From NCBI GenBank assembly GCA_030265395.1, contig JARFYF010000050.1, positions 20,315,594-20,379,593 on the forward strand: 64,000 nt of DNA, read 5' to 3'. Shown piece by piece: positions 36,451 to 48,345 of this stretch. A program made the translations under genes and the position numbers. Within the stretch, counting starts at the first letter, position 1; the number at the start of each line of letters is the position of its first letter. The notes under the pieces are model-generated. The model did not search any database. It was not told the DNA's origin and saw only the letters and a program-made list of their open reading frames with translations. Source of the stretch: Rhina ancylostomus (Eukaryota).

Positions 36451-37494
36451 TTTCTGGCTACAAACCTATTCACGTTACAAATGCACCAATAATAAAAAAC
36501 TGTGCCTGAGAGCAATTGATTTATACAGTAGCCTTGTAGTCAGCAACAAGTCCCATCCCCCATCACATAATTCCCTGGATACTTCCACAATCAATGTTAG
36601 AAAGAACTACTCATAACGTCATAACAGAGGACAAAAGAGAGGAGAAGCAACTAATTGCTGACAATCCCTTTAAATAGTAATTGTGGGGATGGACCTTCCT
36701 CCTGTTTAAGTCGTGTTCAGTTATGTTTAAGAGTAGGTGCTAGCTGNNNNNNNNNNNNNNNNNNNNNNNNNNNNNNNNNNNNNNNNNNNNNNNNNNNNNN
36801 NNNNNNNNNNNNNNNNNNNNNNNNNNNNNNNNNNNNNNNNNNNNNNNNNNNNNNNNNNNNNNNNNNNNNNNNNNNNNNNNNNNNNNNNNNNNNNNNNNNN
36901 NNNNNNNNNNNNNNNNNNNNNNNNNNNNNNNNNNNNNNNNNNNNNNNNNNNNNNNNNNNNNNNNNNNNNNNNNNNNNNNNNNNNNNNNNNNNNNNNNNNN
37001 NNNNNNNNNNNNNNNNNNNNNNNNNNNNNNNNNNNNNNNNNNNNNNNNNNNNNNNNNNNNNNNNNNNNNNNNNNNNNNNNNNNNNNNNNNNNNNNNNNNN
37101 NNNNNNNNNNNNNNNNNNNNNNNNNNNNNNNNNNNNAATTTAAAACAAAACAAAATATCATTTTACAAGGGGTACCAGAAACATAGTAGCACAGTAAATA
37201 TTTATGACAGATAAGCAAAAGTACTTCAGATGCTTTTAGAGGAAGGTTTGATGGCTATAGTATAAAACTAAAAAAAATACCACCTTTGGAATGACTGATT
37301 AAATCAGAATTCCTCTTACAACACTGTTATTTCAACCCACATGAAGTATATCTCAAGGTCCAATTTACTTCTGTTAATATTAACACCCACTATCATTCAG
37401 TAAATGGCAATCCGGACTGAATTTTTTTTTGGCAGTGCTTGCAGCTATTCCTAGAATCCGACATGGAAAACGAGTTAAAAAATAAACAACATTT

Positions 37495-37585
37495 AGGTTC
37501 TGATGAAAGCTCATTAACTCAGAACATTATTTCTGCTTCTCTCTTTACAGATGCTGCCTGACCTGCTGAACTTTCCCAACACTTG
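37495..37585 (+). mobile_element. Penelope-like tail
   Basis: ggttctgatgaaag...tttacagatgctgcctgacctgctgaactttcc. Confidence 0.7.
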
Positions 37586-37921
37586 TTAGAACTTTGGGAG
37601 TTACATGGTGTACTAAACGGAAGACACAAGTCATAAATTATGTCAGATGCAGCTCCCATCTTCTTTCTAATATTTATTTGGATACAGCAGATCGGAAACT
37701 GATCTACTTGTCCATGGAAAATTAGAATTTGTCTTTTGGAAATGCTGAATCTGGCCTTCTGATTTCCTCCTTCCTCCTCAACCTCACATATACAGCCAAT
37801 CCTATATTCAGGATCTGGATTTTGAAGATTGACACTCAATCAGATATGCTTGCAAAACAAAAATCACTTTACTACTTGTAATATTAACTTCCCTTGAACC
37901 ATTCAGTCCCAGAACCAAATA

Positions 37922-38320
37922 GCACAATCCTATAGCCCAATGGAATGAATACTAAATTTTACAGTTTCAGATAATCCACTCCCCCTTTGTTCCTTTCCCT
38001 CTCCCACCACCCCACCCAGGTTCTCGCACTCTTTATTCATCTTTTCCATCCCTCCTCCCCTCATCACTAAGACTCATTACATCCTCCACCTGGTTCCATC
38101 TGCCCATCATCCCTCCTTTCTCTGGTTCCCCCTATCACTGACCAGTCTCTGTCTCACCCCTCCCTCTCACCTCTATATACTGGCTGAAAAAATGTTTTTC
38201 ATTTATCTACTGGCTACGTTCTCTCTGCAGTCTCAGTCCTGATGCAAGTCTTGACCCAAAATATCAACCATTATTTTGCCTCTGTAGATGCTGACTTCTG
38301 CCAATAGTTTAATTTTTGAT
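37922..38320 (+). mobile_element. Penelope-like 3' fragment
   Basis: cccaatggaatgaatactaaattt..ttcagataa (PNGMN.KF..FR*), C/T-rich UTR, cagtcctgatgcaagtcttgacccaaaatatc..gtagatgctg. Confidence 0.7.
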
Positions 38321-39464
38321 TCTGCCTTTCTCTGTTGTGCACACCAAGCTGATAATAAGCAGGGAATTCTGGCTGTTATTCTTTCCCCTTAAAGCTAACT
38401 GGATCTCTCAAACCATCACTCCTCACACAAGTGATTAGCCTGAAATATTCCTACTCTGTCTCACATTATCCACAAGGCACCAACTGCCTTTGCTCACTTA
38501 GTGAGTTAGCCTGGTTCTAATAAAAAAAGTGGCTAATACTAATTGGAGGAAATGTTTCATAGCTGACTAATAATAAAAAAAATCACATATTCACCTACTC
38601 AGAAGTACACTAGAGATAACTAATTAAAACCCAAACAAACCATTGCAAATTTAAGGATCAACTCAAAATTCTCTTTGTTATTTTCCCCACCCAATGTTAT
38701 AACTTGATTTTGTCATCCATCATTTAATCATTAAGACTTCACTGTGATTCTTCAGTACTATCACATAATAAAAACTTACAGCGAAGCATTAAATTAGAAA
38801 ACTACTGGCTACCCGGTTTAAGTGCCTATACCAAAGTCACATGTATAGAAGCATCCTCTGATAACAGTTATCAGAATATGGTTTAGATTCAGTCAATAAG
38901 ACTAGTTTTTAATACATCAGTGTGATTTTCTTTTGTTTTACCATTTCTAACAGAGTAACCATTTTCACTCATTCAAACCACAGAGTCCTTGAAAGGAAAA
39001 TTCAATTAATAAAATGGCACAGTGAGATAACATCTTCAAATCCTGTTTAATTATCATCCTATACATAAGACAAGTCATTTTACCTTAGGTGAACTGAAGG
39101 ATTCAAATTCAGTCAGCATTGGTCTTTAAATGCTTCTTACTTGTTAAAGGAAGAAATGAATGTTTGAACCAGGAAACCCTGACAAGGTCATTACTGGAAA
39201 TGGAATTAGAAGTAAACTGTGAGTTTGCTGATTTCCAATCAAAACATCCAATAGATCAAGCCCACTTAATGGTGAATGTAGTGACCTCAACACAAAGACA
39301 GTTTTGTTAAAGTGACCTGTCTGTAGTAGCCCATAAATACAGATGTTGATGACCTTGTGTTAATTGACTATGAATCATGTCAAGGGAGCACTGACAACAA
39401 TCATTTGTTTCCTAACTGCTTTTTCTATGTTTTTCCAGATTTATTTTATTTTGTATCAATAGGT

Positions 39465-39790
39465 CCAGTGTTCAAGTCCTACCCCAGAGATTTGTGCACA
39501 AAAATCTAGTTCCATCTTGCTTTACTGAGAGAGTGCTGTACAACTAGAATTTTCATTTTTTTAGATGCAATGTGAAGCCAAGATCCTATCTGCTCTCCCA
39601 GGAAGGTAACAAAAATCCTTCAAAGAAATAGAGCAGTCAGCTGCTGATGACTTTGCCCAAATTTATCCCTCAATCAACAGAACTCTTATTGGTCATTGTT
39701 TTTCCCATATTGCAAGAATGACTGCTTCAAAAGTGGCTGCTTTGAGATATCTTGAGGTGGCAAAGGGTGTCATATTGCTTTCTTTTTTGA
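39465..39790 (+). mobile_element. SacSINE1/DeuSINE-like SINE
   Basis: gttcaagtcctaccccagagatttgtgcac..tactgagagagtgctg..atttatccctcaatcaac..cttcaaaag..ttgaggt. Confidence 0.7.
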
Positions 39791-42700
39791 GTGAAGAGGT
39801 TTGACTGTTGCCACTCTGCAAATGGACAGCTTTGATTTGCTTCTGAGATCCATTCACGTAACCATTTACTTAAGTTAAATCATTGTCTGTCCTTATTTCA
39901 AACATATAAGAAGAAAGCAGGGAAATATGTGCCTACAGAAAATATAATCATTGATGGTCACAAGAGCTTTGCTTGGAAAGATGCTTAGTTTGGATAGGAT
40001 TCATGGAAGAGCAATCATAGATTCTTGGAGAACAACCATTGGCAAAGTTGTGTTGAGAAATGATTCATGGATATGGACAGGTAGTCAATGGGTTGTGTTA
40101 TTTAACTATTCATTTACTTACCTCTTGGCCCATTCACCAAGGGGGAGAAGTCTGAAGAACCAAGTGAATGTGATTGAGTGGCATGGGGCTGCATTGGTCC
40201 TTATTTCCCTAGCTTCTAGCTTGTATTATTTGTACTGATTGACATGAGTCCCATTCTTCAATCAGTTGTTTGTTGTGGGCAGTGTCAATGCCAGCTCATT
40301 TGGGGAATGTGGGTATTTCTAAAAAAAAATAGGAGTGCCAAGTGTAGGAGTAATTTTCTGCCTTGGCAGAAGCATGGTTAGAGCTGGCACCAGAGTGAAC
40401 ATTACTTAGTCATGGATCTAACAGTCTATAGGTATCTGACCCAATAGGATGCGACAGTGTGGACCACCAACGTTATTTTTCAGGGAGATGCAATATGTGA
40501 TATTGTATGCTCAGCGCAGAATTCTGGGTTGAAACACTCTTGTTCTGTGAGGTTCTATGAGTAATACAGATGCCTTTATCTGATGGTTCAGCAGATCAGA
40601 AGGCAACTTACTGGCATCTGTAATCCATATGGGAACAGAAGAATTGAATGTTATGTTCTTGTCGGATAATGTTTTTAGCAATTGCACTTCAACAGTGGTG
40701 TGCAATGAATACATTTTGAAGAGAACTTTTTTGTTCACAGTATGGAAACTAAAGTTGTTGTACTATATTTTATATCCTTTTGCCTTTCTTAATAACCAAA
40801 GCAAACTCTATTATTATAAAGGCAAGGCAATTTCTAGAAAAAAAAATCAAAGCTGGTAATTCACACAAAAAGGAAGGTCTTTGATTAACTGGCTCTCTTT
40901 TAATGAATTTGAAGTTAATAATCTCAATTATCATTTTGCTTCCTGATTGTTTTGAAGAAGTAAGACCCTGCTGGGTCTTTAACATTCTCTGTGAAATTCT
41001 GAGAACAAAGGAACTAGAATCACAAGCGTGTGTCCGAATGCAGCCATGTGAAAAGGAACAGGATGAAATTCAACCTTGATGCATCCACTTTAGAATTGTA
41101 AAACACTGGCACCAGGATAGACGTGGAGGAGTCCTGTACTTGGAAGGCTTAAAAAAGGTTAACATTTATCCCTGGAGCATTATTCATTAAATCAGTGAAA
41201 CATAGTGAATTTGAAATGAAGAGTAGCCTGCCCAGAAACAGCTCCTAAAACAAAAGAACCACAAATTGAACAACTCTAAACAATCCTTAATCCTGATACA
41301 TTTAAAAATCACTAGGAAGGACAAAAAAAATCTCTAGGAGGCAAGTTCATGAACGTTGAAATACTGGTAAGAGGATTCTACAAATCCTGTGGGGTGAAAT
41401 CACTGAACAAGATGGCCAGGTTTCAGGTGATTGTTCCACCTATTTAACCTCAACAGGAACTGAGGGGTACATATTATACAGCAGACTGTCTTTCACTGAG
41501 CCTATGGCAGATAATTGAACCAAATTGCTCCATCTCTAAGTTTTTCTTGTATCTCAACCAGCAGAAACAACTTCAGTGAAGATATTCAGGAGTTTGGCAC
41601 TGGAAATGGAGAAGCCATCCAGTAAGGCCAGCCAGAAACAAGAAGAAACAGTTTTAATACTGGTCCATCTTGCTGCTGAGATCCTCAGGATTAAAGGTCA
41701 TTAGTACTGCCTAATGTTGTTGTGTTTGAGTAAATTGTTTTGATGCTGTGTGCAATGTTAATTTATTAAAAGTAATTCTGTTTAACATACTGTGGCTTTC
41801 TTTTTCTAGTTACTGTCAATCTTCATGAATTGCTGGAACATCTGTATCCCAACAGCCATTGTCATTTGATAAACATGTGAAAATGCAAAGTGTTGTTTCT
41901 CAGGCATCAGAACTATAAGCAGGGCCTATTGACAGGTTAAAATCCCCTGATCAAAACTGATCAGTGATAAGCACTCAGGGTTCTGAGGTGGCCATTGCAG
42001 ATTAAACAGCTTTTATGAAAATAGGTAAATTAGTTTAAAGGATATTCCTATGAAGAAGGAGAGCAGGGCCACTCAGCCCCATTCTGTGACCCTGAAGCAG
42101 CAGAAGCAGCAACTCTCCCATAATTCTTTCAACCACCACCACTCACAAGCTCCCCATTTACCCTTAGGCCACTGGCTCCAAAGCAGATTACTCAAAAGTC
42201 TTTTCTTCATGCATGCGAGCTGCCTGGGTGGCACTGAAGACCCCAGCTGGAGTATATCCAGAAGAAGCTGATCTTCCAGCTTGAACAACCATGTCAGCAT
42301 TACCCCCAGTTTTACACTGACAGATTTCTCCCCCATAGTACCTGATGATGCCCGTCTCTATCTATTAGATTTAAGGTTTTACACAGAAGCTGCATTGCTT
42401 GTGTCACACCTACATTCTGTATCATTTCCCTAACATGTTTTATTGATTGAGCAGAACAGCTAATAGTGTGTTAAATGGCAACATTCTCATGTTATTATAG
42501 AAACAGCAAACTCTCCAAGTTACTGTGTACAGTGCTACATAAGATCTGGCAGTATTACTAATCAATGTAAATCTAATATATATTCCACATTTATTGTGCT
42601 TATTCTATGCTGTCACATTCCAGTATTAAGCTATACAATTACTTTAAAAAATGCAGAAACCAGGACATTTCATTGTAGGCTCTGGGTAACATTATGAATT

Positions 42701-42839
42701 ACTTTAAATAAAACATGGGCAGAAAGTTAGAATAGTAGCATCCAATCAAAAGTGTAAGAAAACTCTGACAGTTTGTTCCTCTCCTGACTATAGGTACGCT
42801 CTGCAACTTTGAAGGAACTTGGATAAATTGTAGCAAAAC

Positions 42840-43625
42840 AGCAATAAAAGCTGAAAATGTTGGAAATATTCAGACTGATCTCTGACATTAACTCAGTTTC
42901 TCTTTCCACAAATGTAGCCTGATTTGCTGAGTACTTCCACAGTTTTCTGTTTTTATATTAGATTTCCAGCATCTGCAGTTTTTTTGATTTTCTGTAATAA
43001 AAGGTTCAGTCCACAGGAGAGGCAGTGAGCTCCTGGTTGACTGATATTTTAATTCCCCATCTTACTCCCACTCTGACCTATCCATCAGTGGCCTTCCACA
43101 CTATTACAACAGGACCCAAGGCAAGCTTGAGGAACGGCACCTCATCTTCCATCTGGACACATTGCAGCCTTCCGGACTCAATACCAAATTCTTCAACTTT
43201 GGGTAACTAACTCTCTCTTAATGTCCATCTCAGAACTGGCTATTTCTACTTTTCATCATTTTGGCTAAGTTTTTCTTTCTCTCTGGTATACTCTAGCCTT
43301 CTAGTCATGTCCCATAGCCTTATAATTAGCAACACCTTACACGGACTAGGAGGCATTCGGATTCTAACTGCTGCATTCAATTATTTGATCTCAACCTATC
43401 AGAGATATTCCCTTTGTTCTATTCCTCCATCCCCATGTTCTCTGCTACTGAAAACTAACTTGTTTTCTCTCTTTCCCAGTTCTGATGAAGGGTCTTGAAC
43501 CTGAAGTTTGAACTGTTTCTCTTTCCACAGATGCTGCCTGACCTGCTGAGTGTTTCTAGCATTTTCTTTTTTTTATTTCAGACTTCCAGCATCTGCAGTT
43601 TTTTTTTGATTTTCTGCAATAAAAC
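42840..43625 (+). mobile_element. Penelope-like element: inverted 5' piece, pLTR, GIY-YIG C-terminus, pLTR
   Basis: 43045-43206 encodes YFNSPSYSHSDLSISGLPHYYNRTQGKLEERHLIFHLDTLQPSGLNTKFFNFG*; direct repeats at about 42890-43002 and 43510-43624; short inverted copy at about 42843-42872. Confidence 0.85.
43477..43515 (+). ncRNA. Degenerate minimal type I hammerhead ribozyme motif of the Penelope tail
   Basis: Stem I cagtt/aactg, core CTGATGA, stem II agg/cct, then GAA; GAAAC-GTH is replaced by gaagtttg, so it is probably inactive. Confidence 0.55.
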
Positions 43626-45019
43626 CCGTGCTTCATTGTATGATGCAGTTCTTACAAACTCATTGTAAAATGAAGGATTGTATACTCTCCTGTTCTTGCA
43701 AGGGCGATATGCCAAATATATCAAATAATTATTCTGACCTTTGTCTAGGTCTGTGATGTAACCATAGACCCTGACAGAAGCATTTAGCAATATGTGAAAG
43801 GTTGAACTTAAGTGGACGCAGCAAACCACTGTTAGTGATTCATATGTTTATGTTTGCAGATCCAGTGATATGATTAAGGCAGACNNNNNNNNNNNNNNNN
43901 NNNNNNNNNNNNNNNNNNNNNNNNNNNNNNNNNNNNNNNNNNNNNNNNNNNNNNNNNNNNNNNNNNNNNNNNNNNNNNNNNNNNGACAATAGTGTTTAGA
44001 CTTGCTGATGAAGATAATGGGATAACTGAAAGACTTTAAACTACTCAGGCCACAGATGCAGGAGTAGTCATTGACCGTCCTTCATCCCTGAAGCTAAGAC
44101 CCATCAAAAGATAAAGTCACCCAGTATCTTGTGGTGGCTAGGGGTGCTACACAAATGCAAGTCCTTTTTTAAAATGACAAACAATTTCTTCTTCTGGTGC
44201 TAGTTTATAGCATACTGGAGAAAATGTCAAGAAATCTCAATTTACACTGAATGTAATTTAAGCTTAAAATTCTGCGATCATTTATCTTGGTTTGCTCCTT
44301 TTACAATGGACCAAGTTGTGCTGATGGTGACCCCACAGTTCCACAGAGAATTGCCAGCTAGCTGCCGTACCCACATGAGCACCTTCTGGCTTTTCATGCC
44401 CAGGCACAGCAACCTGACGGTATGGAACTGGCTGAGAGTTTCATACGAGTGCGTCTGATCTCTCGCTCTGCCCTTAGACTCACTTGCTGGGCTCAAAGGC
44501 CAAAAACACTTTGTATCTGACCCTCAGACTTAGACCTGCCAAACCAACATGAACAGCATGGTCTCGCCCATTTGAATGAGGCTGCCAAGCATTGTTAACA
44601 TGGCAAGTTTGGCCAAGTGTGTTGTTTATTTTCCTTCATTTCACTGGATATTTATGTTTTTAATAAATTAACAATGAATGTTTATGATGTTTTAAGAATT
44701 TTCAATTTTTTTCATATACCTCCGAATATCATACACATTCACAATAAGTGAAACCGGCATTTGACAGCTCTCTGTCAAAGACCAATAGAGAGCTGCCTCA
44801 GGATATAACATCTACAAACCTGGTAGTCAGTCATGACATACTTTGTTTGCAGGATGGTGCGGAACTGCACTCTCTAGGTTACTGGGGGCCATGCAATTCC
44901 AAAGTGTTAAAGTGACCATGGAATGCATGTGAGTGGCAGGTTAGACTGAGCACAATCCAGCCCAATAAATAACCAGAATAACCAACAAAATCTCTACTAT
45001 CATGTTGTGGTTTTAAAGC

Positions 45020-45285
45020 TGGATCTGATATCATTGATATCACCCTTACAGTGCAATCCTGTATTCATCACATCTGAAACATACCAGATGAATATATGAG
45101 TTGCAGGTGGTTTGATAACCAACAACAGAACAATAGAGTTCGACAATCAATCCATCCTTCATGAACTGCCAGGGGAAGCTATCCGTACAAGGAGAAGTTG
45201 AAATAATCAAATATCTCAAGGCATCTCCTAGAAATGTTTTGGCCAATTACATCATTTTGCATGCTCCACCCATCTCCTTCAGTAC
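45020..45285 (+). mobile_element. Probable Helitron (Pif1-family) helicase fossil
   Basis: LITNNRTIEFDNQSILHELPGE (45112-45177) has the exact spacing of L...N..V...N..IL..LPGE; after a frameshift HLLEMFWPITSFCM(PPH)LL aligns to YP.EFLN.L.PSG.PPH.L. Confidence 0.5.
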
Positions 45286-47234
45286 CCTATCAATGAACAC
45301 AAAGCAAGGTTTCTGAAACATTGTGAGAGTTTAATGATGTATTCAATAGATATTGAGTAAACTCAATTTTTTTTAACAAAGCTTTCAGTTCGTATTTTTA
45401 GTCTGAGACAAGAAAATCTGAACTTGACTCTGAGATTTTTAAACAATTATCATACTATACTTGAAGATATTGTCAATTATACTGGTAAAAAGAGCCAAGC
45501 ATTCTGCAGTTCCTTGAAAGTCAATCTCTTAAAGTTACTGAATGTTTCATTTCCCACACTATGCCAATAGGATTGCTGGTTTACAAAATGATTTGGAAAC
45601 AAGCTTTCTGAATAAAGTTTCACGTCAAAACTCTTCTTAATAACTCTATAACTTCATATAAAAGACTTCAGCTGAGCGACAGAGAGAGACAGTAAGATGA
45701 TTGCAACACCTGCTTTTGTTTATATTGAGAATTTTATGGCAATTATTGTTTATGAAAAGATTTAATTATGCTGCTGTGCTAATTATATCCATCGCGTATT
45801 GTCACCTAGATACAACATTTTAAAATAACAACTACAGCCAAATGTAGGATTTTTTTATGTATCAGTCTACAAAATATAAATTCTGTATCAACTGGTTTAA
45901 ATTAACTTCTTCTTCTTAACATTGCTGTCTTGTCTTCTGCTTGTGCCAAGATTGTCAATCCATGTATCTTACATTCATTCAAGAATTGAGGAACAGGAAA
46001 GTAGGAGATGGATCCACACAGCTGTTATGCATATGGGAAGATTATTTATTTACCAAGGAACACGTGATACCTACAGACTTGTACATTTTTTTGTGCCTCA
46101 TGTCCATGATGTTAGACAGAATTGCCATACTAGTATAAGTTCATGTGAAGCAGCTATTACAAAATTTGCATTATTAATGCTTTTCTCATTACAAAGATAC
46201 ATCTNNNNNNNNNNNNNNNNNNNNNNNNNNNNNNNNNNNNNNNNNNNNNNNNNNNNNNNNNNNNNNNNNNNNNNNNNNNNNNNNNNNNNNNNNNNNNNNN
46301 NNNNNNNNNNNNNNNNNNNNNNNNNNNNNNNNNNNNNNNNNNNNNNNNNNNNNNNNNNNNNNNNNNNNNCAAGTAAGCCTTACTCTCAGGATCCCTGTAA
46401 GTGACCCTGGCAACCACATGAATGTCACTCCACCCAGTTGTTGCAGAGTTAACTTGTTGCAGTTTCAGTGATGAAAAGGTTGAGAGCCATAGCAATTGTG
46501 ACAGTCCTATTGGCAGAGCTCTTTGGACAGTTGACTTGATTATCCAGGGTTTTTCTCAACTGTTTAAGCTTATATGCTTGACACTTACTTGCCCATTTTC
46601 ATCTTATTAAGTGGTTTGTGTGTTTTATGTTCAAGAGTGTGCCTTTTCTGCATGTTATTTAAGAAAACCTAAGGTGTATGAATGTATTGCTCTGCTCCTA
46701 ATATTCAGGTCTTTAACATTTTGGAAACAGGCTGAAGGTGTACTTGGCAAGACAGGGCAGGCTTGAAGTATTATGCTGATTTGATGTATAATGAGTGAAA
46801 ATACACAGCATTGTTAAAATTGAGCTGAATTAGTTTAACGAGTACAAGTTGTTTTCACACAATAACATAAAATAAAAAACATTGCTGGGTCATTTGACTT
46901 GACTTACTCTTTTACATGCTAACCTTCAGGCAACTTCTGTTGGACTTGGGTGGCCTTGTAGCTTTCTCTTGCAATATATCTCAGTGAGCTTGCAGTCTTT
47001 GCTGGATTTGACTGCCTCCATGTATCTGTCCAGATCCTTTATCTCTTTGTGTTCACAAGCAGAGATGAAGTACTATGCCAGACAATCCCAAACAGTGCCT
47101 GGGACCAGAAACTGCTCTGCATATTGGTATAAGATCTTAATCAATTTTCAAAGTAAGCTAATGAAATGCTTATTTGACATTTTAGCAGATACATTCAAGC
47201 ATATTAGCAACTTAATTACCTGTTCTCATCGTCT

Positions 47235-47432
47235 TACTGGCACTCTAGCCAATATTTAGCCCTTGACCATCTGAAAAATATTGAGTTATTATCACATTAG
47301 TGGGTCTTTGTTGTTCACAGTTTGGCTTCTATGTTTATCAACAGTAGTGACTATACTTCAAAATGTAGTTCATCAGCTGTCAAATTCTTTAGGACGTCCT
47401 GAGGACATGAGAAGTGTAATGTGAGTGCAAAT
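47235..47432 (+). mobile_element. SacSINE1/DeuSINE-like 3' half
   Basis: gccaatatttagccct..ttatcacatt..gtgactatacttcaaaatgtagttcatcagctgt..ggacgtcctgagg. Confidence 0.7.
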
Positions 47433-47535
47433 TCTGATGGAAGATCATTGATCTGGAACATTGGCTCAGTTTCTGTGCCTTCACAGATGCTGCTTGACTA
47501 ACCTGACACTTCCAGGTTTTCTGGTTTTCTTTCAG
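47432..47535 (+). mobile_element. Penelope-like tail
   Basis: ctgatgg-a-agatca-t-tgatct-ggaacatt..cacagatgctgcttgact. Confidence 0.65.
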
Positions 47536-48184
47536 TCACTTTTTTTAAAAGGTTTTTGTGATTGCCCAGAATTTATGCCAGGTGAAAGTCTCCTTTTTAA
47601 ATCAATGGCCATGAAGGCATGACAACCGACCCATTCTCACAAGGGAGCCAAGCAAGGGAAAAGTCCCCTCCAATAATCATCTATAAAATACAGGAGATCA
47701 TGGATGGCCATGTATAGGTTCACCACACCACACTTGACCTTTCAAAAGCCAGCAAATTTAAATTTGTGCACATGTCCCTAAATCTAATGATTGGATTGAA
47801 GGTCCAGGTCTTGTTGGCTGTGATGGTTTCCTCACTAAACTGACCCACATTCTCCTTAAAGTCTTCCCTCCTCCTGGTCCCCCACTTCCTTCGAAAGGAG
47901 TATTCCACCATCTATCCATCTTGTTCTTTACCTAAAAGAACTGAAGGAAGAAGAGAAAAAAACCTTTCTGCTGGTGGGTTGCAAAGGTAGAAATCACTTG
48001 ACAAGATGTGTTGTTGTCATTTCCAGGCATTCACCCCCAGTTCCCCAGCTTTACTCCCCTTTTCTTTTCACAACGGTTTGAGGAGTTGCCTCTACACCCT
48101 ACAGCTCATTGTTCTTCCATGCCTTCCTTTTATTGAGACTCCAACTCCAAACTTACCAGAGGGGGTGATTAATGGAAACAAAAT

Positions 48185-48345
48185 CTATTGGATTTGGTTC
48201 ACTGGTGTCCTCCAGGGAATGAAATTTGCCACATTTATCCAATACAGTCCATGTGTGGGTTCAAACCCAATAATGCAACTTCAGGTCAGGAGCAATTTAG
48301 AATAGACAACAAATGCTGGTGACATTCCAAGCTTGAATAAATAAT
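48185..48345 (+). mobile_element. SINE body and tail (same family as 6020-6298)
   Basis: ggttcactggtgtcctccagggaatgaaatttgcc..agcaatttagaatagacaacaaatgctgg. Confidence 0.5.

Noticed and set aside
41388-41854. TG...CA segment resembling an old solo LTR
   Set aside because: No target-site duplication and weak terminal repeats.
46925-47125. Coding-looking minus-strand frame YFISACEHKEIKDLDRYMEAVKSSKDCKLTEIYCKRK
   Set aside because: Bounded by stops; no family recognised.
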